A stretch of DNA of 64,000 bases from Bacteroidota bacterium (GTDB taxonomy: Bacteria; Bacteroidota; Ignavibacteria; UBA10030; SZUA-254): positions 68,076 to 132,075 of the forward strand of contig JBIOHP010000003.1 in assembly GCA_044449065.1 (NCBI GenBank). Reading direction: 5' to 3'. Position 1 is the first letter of the stretch, and every line of letters begins with the position of its first letter. The notes under the pieces were generated by a model. The model was not told the DNA's origin. It saw only the letters and a program-made list of their open reading frames with translations, and searched no databases. Positions 1 to 7,100 of this stretch are shown here, in pieces. The position numbers were made by a program, and so were the translations under genes.

Positions 1-319
1 TTACACGGATAGATGCAAGACACATGACAACGCCGCGCGTATCCTTCAGATTGTTGTGGCAATGATTGATTAACGAAGTGACCGATTCGTTTGCATGGGC
101 TTTGAGTGTTTCTATCGCAATTCTTGCGGCGTTCGCTGCCTCATTGCCATGTCCTAACCCGTCAACAACGCCCACCAACACGCCATTGTTACTGGGTTCG
201 ATTATATATTTATCACCGCATTCGGGCTCGCCCGGAAGAGCCCTGCTTATTACTCCGTACTCGATCTGAAGGTCATTCAGCGTTTTTGCAGGTCGAGAAA
301 TTTTTTTAACGGCGGTCAA
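1..319 (-). CDS. rsbX: Partial RsbX-like PP2C (SpoIIE-family) feedback phosphatase. Only the N-terminal part is in the window; it has a putative TTG start overlapping the rsbT stop.
   Basis: Minus-strand translation downstream of rsbT reads ...IEYGVISRALPGEPECGDKYIIEPSNNGVLVGVVDGLGHGNEAANAARIAIETLKAHANE... The DGLGHG..A motif and the layout match the N-terminus of B. subtilis RsbX. It sits immediately 3' of rsbT, as in sigB-type operons. There is no ATG; the start is inferred as TTG at 317-319. Confidence 0.5.
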   Translation of the reverse strand, partial: MTAVKKISRPAKTLNDLQIEYGVISRALPGEPECGDKYIIEPSNNGVLVGVVDGLGHGNEAANAARIAIETLKAHANESVTSLINHCHNNLKDTRGVVMCLASIRV

Positions 320-717
320 TCTTCCCACTTTCGAATGGTAACAATTGTGCCGTTGCCGGGAAACGATGATATTTCAAATTCATCCATGAGTCGCTTTGTC
401 CCCGGTAAGCCCATTCCTAAGCTTCGACGTGAAGAATACCCATCCTGCAACGCAAGGAGAACGTCCGGAATTCCGGGACCACGATCGCTCGCAACAATCT
501 CAATTCCTTTCTTTGTTCCTTTTTGGACAGAACGGATAATGATTTCACCGTTTTGCGCAAAATCAACAATGTTCCGGGCTAATTCAGAGATTGCCGTAGC
601 GATGAGCGTTAAATCACCCTGGCTAAATCCCAGGGCAGTTGCGAATGTGCGCCCCTGCTGCCTTGCTATGACGATATCTCCATCCGAAGTGATCGGAACG
701 TGAATTTCATTTTGCAC
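316..717 (-). CDS. rsbT: Anti-sigma regulatory factor / serine protein kinase (RsbT-like, HATPase_c)
   Basis: 133 aa, the same length as B. subtilis RsbT. It carries GHKL ATPase motifs (ELARNIVDFA, DRGPGIP, GMGLPG). Its start overlaps the STAS gene upstream. Confidence 0.8.
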   Translation of the reverse strand: MQNEIHVPITSDGDIVIARQQGRTFATALGFSQGDLTLIATAISELARNIVDFAQNGEIIIRSVQKGTKKGIEIVASDRGPGIPDVLLALQDGYSSRRSLGMGLPGTKRLMDEFEISSFPGNGTIVTIRKWED

Positions 718-1081
718 TATCGGTTTCCCCTTTTTCGCGTGCTTGAAGGTACGCTAATCCTTCTTCGAGGTCTAATGCGGTTGCAACATCTTCGAGGGTC
801 AATCCTAACTGAACCATCGCAAATGCCACTTCGGGTTGAATGCCCACGATAACTGTTTCGGCTCCCCGTAATTTAATCATATGGGCGATCGATCGCATGG
901 TACGCGTCGCAAATGAATCCATGACGTCAAGGACCGTCACGTCTACAATGACTCCCCGCGACCGGAATTTTCCTACGCGAGCGGCAAGTTCTTCCTGAAG
1001 TTTGAGCAGATCTGCGTCGCTAAGCGCCGATTGGATTGAAGCAATGAGGTAATGCCCTTGCTTGAGTATGGGGACTTCCAT
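707..1081 (-). CDS. rsbS: STAS-domain anti-sigma-factor antagonist (RsbS-like stressosome scaffold)
   Basis: 124 aa consisting of a STAS domain only, with a conserved phosphorylatable Ser/Thr region (VIVDVTVLDVMDS). It is sandwiched between the RsbR-like and RsbT-like genes. Confidence 0.8.
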   Translation of the reverse strand: MEVPILKQGHYLIASIQSALSDADLLKLQEELAARVGKFRSRGVIVDVTVLDVMDSFATRTMRSIAHMIKLRGAETVIVGIQPEVAFAMVQLGLTLEDVATALDLEEGLAYLQAREKGETDSAK

Positions 1082-1117
1082 AAAAATTCCTTATCAAAGT
1101 TCTGCGGCTGAATGCCT

Positions 1118-2014
1118 TTAAACACCTTCCGTTGTCGTTATGACTTTATATCCGAGCAGCCGTTCGGCTTCTTCGATGCCGCCCTGTAAATCTCCGACGG
1201 TTTTCATTTTTCCGAGATCCACGCCGATGGTTACGAGCGTTTGAGCGATTTCGGATGATAAACCGGTAACGATCACTGTTGAGCCCATGAGCCGGGATGC
1301 TTCCACAGTCTGGACAAGGTGATTTGCCACGTTCGAATCGATCGTCGGCACGCCGGTGATATCGATAACCACTACTTTCGCTCTGTTCGCGCGAATGCCG
1401 CGCAATAATTGTTCGGTTAGTTGGCGGGCGCGTTGGGGATCGATGACGCCGATGATGGGAAGAATGAGCAGCCGTTCCCGAACCTGCAGCACGGGCGTAG
1501 AAAGTTCTCTGATTGCCTCCTGCTGCTGGCGGATGATCCTCTCGCGTTCCTGAACGAAACCGACGGCTACCGTAAGCGCGATCCTGTTTGCGGCGGGCTC
1601 GTAGGCGTCGAGAACGCGGTTGAGAAGATCAAAATTGGACTGATACTTTTTGAAGAGCGACCTCGCAAGAACGTCTCTCAGCAGCAATACGATTCCCACA
1701 ACTTCCTGCGTTTCAACACCGCGGGGGATAATTCGTTCCGAAAGACTTCTCGCATACGCCTGAAGCGCTTCAATGCTTCCTGTCTCAAGCACTTCAACGT
1801 AATTATCAAACACCGAAGTCGCTTCGGCAAAAATCTCGTCTTTTGTCATGGCAGTTAATAACTGCGCCTCGGAAATTCGCCGTATCCACTCTTCGCGCAG
1901 TTGGGCGCGATTTTGTCGCAAGTGCGCGACCAACTCGCTCAATAACGCAGAGGTGACTTCCGGTAATACCTGGGAATTGACAGACATGGGAGTGGTATCT
2001 ATTTTTTTGGACAT
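1118..2014 (-). CDS. rsbR: RsbR-like stressosome sensor (N-terminal sensor domain plus C-terminal STAS)
   Basis: 298 aa. The C-terminal STAS domain (VVVIDITGVPTIDSNVANHLV...VIVTGLSSEIAQTLV) follows a roughly 150-aa N-terminal domain. The gene order R-S-T is the canonical stressosome order. Confidence 0.7.
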   Translation of the reverse strand: MSKKIDTTPMSVNSQVLPEVTSALLSELVAHLRQNRAQLREEWIRRISEAQLLTAMTKDEIFAEATSVFDNYVEVLETGSIEALQAYARSLSERIIPRGVETQEVVGIVLLLRDVLARSLFKKYQSNFDLLNRVLDAYEPAANRIALTVAVGFVQERERIIRQQQEAIRELSTPVLQVRERLLILPIIGVIDPQRARQLTEQLLRGIRANRAKVVVIDITGVPTIDSNVANHLVQTVEASRLMGSTVIVTGLSSEIAQTLVTIGVDLGKMKTVGDLQGGIEEAERLLGYKVITTTEGV

Positions 2015-2446
2015 AGTATATATTTCCTCTATTTAATAATTTTGCGCGTTTTCATATATTGTGTTTTACGTTCCTTCTCAGGTTAACTGTCGAAGTTTTT
2101 ATTGAGATCATTTCTTATATGGATATGAAAAATACCACGATAAACAGCTCGAAAGAGCTTACCACGGCTCTATTATTACCCACATGGGTATTTTAGAAAA
2201 TATAGTCAAATGATGCCTGAATTCCAATATCATTACTATTAATGAAGCTCTTCCCCTCTTATAATCCCGAAATTGCTTGAAATTCCACATAGTGTATGGT
2301 GATGATCATCATAGTGGGAATAACGGTTACCATTGCGCTGAAAATATCAAGAAATAATGGTTATACGCCTGGCAGGCGATGACCAGGTTTGTGTTTTACA
2401 CGATTTGTCAATACTTTGGATAAACTTTCAAAAGGTTACAACACGA

Positions 2447-3166
2447 ATGGAAAATAAACTGTCTATTATACACGTGGTAATGAGCGTTGTGCTGGGAGTC
2501 AGCATTATTATTTCTGCAATCATCTTCAGCAAGGCATTCATCACAGCGCGCAGGGGAGACCGGATCGTAAATGTAAAAGGACTTGCCGAGCGTGAAGTGG
2601 ACGCCGATGTAGCTATATGGCCTATCACGTTCACGGTGACAGGCAACGATTTGGGCGCCCTTCAGAAATCCATCGATGGTAATCGCGATATAATTGCGGG
2701 CTATCTCGCCGGCGCCGGATTTACCGCAAGCGAGATATCTCAATCAATTCCAAAAATCAGGGATAATCAAGCTGAGGTATACGGCAAAGATCAACAAAAC
2801 AAATTCCGGTATATTGCCCTGACGACGGTCTTGCTGAGATCGAATAAGGTAGCGCTGGTGAAACAGGCGATGGAAAATGCGGGCGTGATGGTCAGCAAGG
2901 GAGTCGTGGTTGTGCAGGACTGGCAGAGCAAGAATGAATTTATGTTCACCGGTTTAAATAAAATTAAACCCGAGATGATAGAAGAAGCGACTGTGAATGC
3001 AAGGAACGCAGCGGAAAAATTTGCAAAGGATTCCGGCAGCAAGTTAGGCAGGATTCGTTCGGCAACGCAGGGACTGTTTACGGTGACCGATAGGGATATC
3101 AATACTCCCGAAAAGAAAAACGTCAGGGTGGTTACAACCGTTGAGTATTATCTTGTGGATGAGTAA
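2447..3166 (+). CDS. SIMPL/DUF541-like periplasmic protein (YggE-like)
   Basis: The ORF track begins at 2357, but the MENKLSIIHVV... start at 2447 gives an N-terminal hydrophobic signal or anchor. The sequence pattern resembles the SIMPL/YggE family. The assignment is from memory of the family, not from a search. Confidence 0.5.
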   Translation: MENKLSIIHVVMSVVLGVSIIISAIIFSKAFITARRGDRIVNVKGLAEREVDADVAIWPITFTVTGNDLGALQKSIDGNRDIIAGYLAGAGFTASEISQSIPKIRDNQAEVYGKDQQNKFRYIALTTVLLRSNKVALVKQAMENAGVMVSKGVVVVQDWQSKNEFMFTGLNKIKPEMIEEATVNARNAAEKFAKDSGSKLGRIRSATQGLFTVTDRDINTPEKKNVRVVTTVEYYLVDE

Positions 3167-3191
3167 ACCCTGCTAACCCCGGCATTGTGTG

Positions 3192-3254
3192 TGAAAGGTC
3201 ATCGCGAGTTCCGCAGCAGCGGAACGTCGCGATCTCCTTATATCGATGCAAAAT
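3192..3254 (+). ncRNA. Copy A of a conserved structured intergenic element (nested hairpin followed by TATCGATGCAAA). It could be a terminator-type RNA motif or a small repeat family.
   Basis: tgaaaggtcATCGCGAgTTCCGCagcagGCGGAAcgTCGCGATctccttaTATCGATGCAAAatg. It is paired with copy B at 55053-55116, which shows compensatory changes. Confidence 0.5.
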
Positions 3255-3365
3255 GAAAATCCCCGGATTTCAATTGCATGATGTATCGGACTTTTCACGC
3301 AGTCTGAACTCGGAATGAGAGGGCGACAACTTTCGTTCGAGAGGTTTGAATAAAATTGTGAATTG

Positions 3366-3899
3366 TTACTGGAACATCGGTTTCAGCATAGAAGGAAGAT
3401 CTTCTTCCAGCGATGTTTTTGGCGACTCAATAATTCTCCCGATTTCCATTCCGCGATAAGTTATGATAAAGGTCGGCACTAATGTAATGTCGTGCTGCTG
3501 GGCGATCCCCGGCGGCAACTGTTTACTCCGGTCGAGGGCTATTAAGGAGATTTTATCCGCCGGAAATTTGATCGCATCCATTATCTTAAAGAAATGCGGC
3601 AACTCGCGCCTGCTGTCGCTGCACCATGTGCCGTACACAACGAGAATATCTACGCTATCTTTCATCTTCGATAACTGCTCCAGCTTTTCTTGATTTGGCT
3701 GGTATGCCGTGTATGCCGTATCGAACCAGGCGTACGCCGGAGATTGGAAAATTGTTCGCGGCGTCCAGCCGATCTCAATATGCTCGTTTGGTTTGATGGA
3801 TACGACTTGCTTTGATGAAGAGCATCCCGATAGAGTGAATGCGATGATGAGAACCGGGAGTGCGTACAGAAGAATGGAGGTAAACAATCGGATTTTCAT
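3366..3899 (-). CDS. Thioredoxin-fold (TlpA-like) lipoprotein with a CxxS variant active site
   Basis: There is a lipobox-like signal (LSGCSS). The thioredoxin-type motif is YGTWCSDS, which is WCxxS instead of WCxxC. Confidence 0.6.
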   Translation of the reverse strand: MKIRLFTSILLYALPVLIIAFTLSGCSSSKQVVSIKPNEHIEIGWTPRTIFQSPAYAWFDTAYTAYQPNQEKLEQLSKMKDSVDILVVYGTWCSDSRRELPHFFKIMDAIKFPADKISLIALDRSKQLPPGIAQQHDITLVPTFIITYRGMEIGRIIESPKTSLEEDLPSMLKPMFQ

Positions 3900-4065
3900 A
3901 AATTTTATGATAGTTATTCTTAATCAAAATGAATGAATTCAACCGTCTGTTCTTAATATACACAAAATGCTTGAGATTATTCTTTCCTCAAAACTTGAAA
4001 TAGTTGAGAATATCTCGTAGTTTAACACGATCATAATTTATGGTTATTTACAACTTACAACAGCA

Positions 4066-4983
4066 ATGCAAATGAAACAATCTTTGATTCTCTGGGTAGT
4101 TGCCTTTATCATTACCGTACTCTCGGCGTTGTATCAATTCATGACGGGTCCATCATACCCGGCAAGAGGAAGTTTGCAATTTAACGGGAAACAAATTTCC
4201 TATACGTTGAATAGAAGTCATGCCGGATCGACAAATTGTCCAGTCGTCGTTACCACGAACGACGAGTCGGTTCAGGGCGTTCTTGAGTGGAAACGGTATA
4301 AAAGCGATGATCCCTGGACGAGCCAGAAAATGACCTTTCAAAATAATACTCTTGTTGGCGAACTACCAGCTCAACCTCCGGCGGGCAAGTTGGAGTATCA
4401 TGTCAAACTATCGGATGGAACTGAAAGTCAAAATCTTCCTGAAAACGAGAGTGTGGTAGTGCGTTTTCACGGGGATATCCCGCCGTATATTCTTATTCCA
4501 CATATCCTCGCAATGTTCGGGGGGATGTTCCTTTCCGCCCGCACCGGAATTGAATCGCTGCGGAAAAATCCCAATCTGAAAAAACTCATCATCGTAACGG
4601 TGATGTTATTGCTCGTCGGGGGATTCATCCTCGGACCAATTGTGCAGTGGTTTGCATTCAACGCTTTCTGGACGGGCTGGCCCCTCGGTCACGACCTCAC
4701 CGATAATAAGACTGCTGTTGCCATTGTTGCGTGGATCGTTGCGCTTGCCATGCTTAAGAGATCGAAAAAACCGCACCGCTGGGCTTTGGGCGCAGCCATC
4801 GTTACGCTCGTTGTGTACCTCATTCCCCACAGCGTTTTGGGATCGGAAATCGAGTATAAAAAAGTTGAACAGAATACGACAACTCTTCACACCGTGAACG
4901 AACGGGCGGCAAATTTATGTACCCGGCAATCGAGAATGCATCCTCGTTTGAATTTATATACGGCGAGTGATTTTAACGGATAA
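4066..4983 (+). CDS. Hypothetical integral membrane protein
   Basis: 305-aa ORF. It has an N-terminal TM segment, a roughly 130-aa soluble segment, then four or five hydrophobic helices. No family was recognised. Confidence 0.45.
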   Translation: MQMKQSLILWVVAFIITVLSALYQFMTGPSYPARGSLQFNGKQISYTLNRSHAGSTNCPVVVTTNDESVQGVLEWKRYKSDDPWTSQKMTFQNNTLVGELPAQPPAGKLEYHVKLSDGTESQNLPENESVVVRFHGDIPPYILIPHILAMFGGMFLSARTGIESLRKNPNLKKLIIVTVMLLLVGGFILGPIVQWFAFNAFWTGWPLGHDLTDNKTAVAIVAWIVALAMLKRSKKPHRWALGAAIVTLVVYLIPHSVLGSEIEYKKVEQNTTTLHTVNERAANLCTRQSRMHPRLNLYTASDFNG

Positions 4984-5003
4984 TACACCCAAGGAATTAT
5001 CGT

Positions 5004-6422
5004 ATGGCTAACCCGGATGAAATGATACGGAGGGCGAAGAAAGCCGCCCGCGCATTCAGAGAATTGGATCAGAAACAAACCGACCGTATCGTGCGGAGCG
5101 TATTTCTTGCGGCGATGAAAAACCGCATTCCTCTTGCAAAGATGGCGGCGGAGGAAACAGGTCTCGGCGTCTGGCAGCATAAGGTCATAAAGAATATTAT
5201 CGCAAGCCAATTGGTGTATGAACATATCAGTCCTCATAAAACTGTCGGAATAATCTCGGAAGATCCCCTTTCGGGCGTTATCGAGCTTGCGCAGCCGATC
5301 GGTCCTATTCTGGCGTTAGTGCCGGTGATTAACCCAACCTCGACGGTTATCTTTAAATCGCTCATCACGATGAAGACCCGCAATCCGGTAATCTTCAGCA
5401 CCACTGCGGCGGCTAAAAATTGCGTAGCGGAAACAGCGCAGATTTGCTACGACGCCGCCATTGCAGCCGGCGCACCGGAGCATTGCATCCAGTGGCTGAC
5501 CAAACCGAATCTGCTGACGACGAAGGAACTGATGAGCCATAACGGTTTGGCGCTCATCCTGGCGACAGGAACCGGCGAAATGGTGAAAACGAGCTATAGC
5601 TCCGGAACGCCGACAATCGGAGTCGGTGCAGGGAACGTGCCGGTGTACATCGGCACATCAGCCGATATCCCTTTTGCGGTGCAAAGTATTCTCTCTTCGA
5701 AAACGTTTGATAACGGCTCGATTTGCGCGAGCGAACAGGCGGTGGTGGTGAAGCGAAATTCCGCCGATCAACTGATTGCAGAGTTCAAAAAACAAAACGC
5801 GTATTTCCTCACGCCTCCCGAGATTGAAAAAGTGGGCCGCATCGCCTATGATAAAAATAAAAATGTGATGAGCGCCGCCGTTGTTGGGCAATCGCCCCAT
5901 CGCATCGCGGAAATGGCTGGTATTCAAATTCCCGCTGAAACCCGGGTGCTCATCGCGATACTCGATACGGTTTCGCGCGATTGTCCTCTCTCCGCGGAAA
6001 TCCTCGCTCCAATTCTCGCCTTTTATATAGAAGAAGATTTTGAAAAATCCATCGAACGGTGCAGCGAGATCACGCGATTCGGCGGGTTAGGTCACACAGC
6101 GGTAATCTATTCCAACAACCCGGAGCGGATTGAATACTTCACGCAACACATGGATGTCGCGCGCATCCTGGTGAACACTCCTTCAACCCAGGGAGCGCTG
6201 GGGGGGATGTTCAACACGCTGCCGCCCTCGTTTACGCTGAGCTGCGGAACCGGCGGAAAGAATAGCACAACCGGAAATATTTCCACCCGCCATCTCCTGA
6301 ATGTCCACCGCATCTGTCGCCGGCGCATTAACGAACGGTGGATGAACGTGAATCAGGAAAAATATCTTGATGAATCAATGGGCGCTGAGGAATTGGAAAA
6401 AGAGTATTACAAGAACTCGTAA
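5004..6422 (+). CDS. CoA-acylating aldehyde dehydrogenase (AdhE N-terminal domain-like / EutE-PduP family)
   Basis: 472 aa of ALDH-superfamily sequence. It resembles the acetaldehyde dehydrogenase half of AdhE (ELAQPIGPILALVPVINPTSTVIFK, GTGEMVKTSYSSGTPTIGVGAGN, FDNGSICASEQ with a catalytic Cys). Confidence 0.7.
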   Translation: MANPDEMIRRAKKAARAFRELDQKQTDRIVRSVFLAAMKNRIPLAKMAAEETGLGVWQHKVIKNIIASQLVYEHISPHKTVGIISEDPLSGVIELAQPIGPILALVPVINPTSTVIFKSLITMKTRNPVIFSTTAAAKNCVAETAQICYDAAIAAGAPEHCIQWLTKPNLLTTKELMSHNGLALILATGTGEMVKTSYSSGTPTIGVGAGNVPVYIGTSADIPFAVQSILSSKTFDNGSICASEQAVVVKRNSADQLIAEFKKQNAYFLTPPEIEKVGRIAYDKNKNVMSAAVVGQSPHRIAEMAGIQIPAETRVLIAILDTVSRDCPLSAEILAPILAFYIEEDFEKSIERCSEITRFGGLGHTAVIYSNNPERIEYFTQHMDVARILVNTPSTQGALGGMFNTLPPSFTLSCGTGGKNSTTGNISTRHLLNVHRICRRRINERWMNVNQEKYLDESMGAEELEKEYYKNS

Positions 6423-6760
6423 TTTTGATTTAACTCCAGCTCGGCGGTCATTGTCCACGAGTGTGTCCGAGAACTCGTAGTAGCGCGTCACCAGACCCGC
6501 GCGAATGCCCAATCGGATTCATAATAGCCGCCGATCCGTTGATCGGGTACTACAAAACATGGTTATCGGACAGACTCCCACACCATGACCGAGAAAAAGC
6601 AAAATAATTTTTATCCATTCACCCGCTTTATACGACCACACCTTGCGAGTGGTTGTCGCTCGTGCCTGAGAAACAATTGATACTTTAGCATGTGCCTGGC
6701 AACATATAAAACCATTGAATAGAACAAACGGTATTATTTCAAGTGTACCGGTTCTGCCAG

Positions 6761-6849
6761 TGAAACCCCCTGTCCCCCTTTGACCCGCCAGAATGAACTT
6801 GTCGGGCTGGCGGGTCAAAGGGGGACCGCCGAAGGCGAGGGGGTTTCAT
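6761..6849. repeat. Long imperfect inverted repeat forming a hairpin (31-nt and 42-nt arms, 16-nt loop)
   Basis: Left arm tgaaaccccctgtccccctttgacccgccag; right arm ctggcgggtcaaaggggga[ccgccgaaggcg]agggggtttca. The arms are reverse complements of each other apart from a 12-nt insertion. Confidence 0.6.
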
Positions 6850-7100
6850 ATGGTGAACAATTTATTTTCATATCTGGCGGTCATGGTCCACACCATGACC
6901 GGAATCATGCAAAAAGTGAACGAGACTCAACCTGCTTATTCACCTATCCCATTTGGATTATATATTCATTTCTGAATAATAATTAATCTAATTTGTTTGT
7001 TCTATGCGATTCATACCCATTCAGGAGAGAGACTTATGAAACAAAAAATCCTTAAATTATGTTGATGTTAATACACGTTCATTAAACCAAAGGATTTATT

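Noticed and set aside
2357-2446. An upstream in-frame extension of the SIMPL-like ORF (MVIRLAGDDQ...) and the overlapping antisense ORFs at 2408-2743 and 2428-2646
   Set aside because: The extension lacks a signal peptide, whereas the internal MENKLS start provides one. The antisense ORFs have no support.
4887-5237. 116-aa minus-strand ORF overlapping the start of the aldehyde dehydrogenase gene
   Set aside because: It overlaps the well-supported ALDH N-terminus and has no motif.
6519-6986. ORFs at 6519-6818 (-), 6780-6986 (+) and 6793-6975 (+) in the hairpin-rich intergenic region
   Set aside because: They span the long inverted repeat, where both strands give ORFs by symmetry. There is no coding periodicity or motif. 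The region is treated as non-coding structured DNA.
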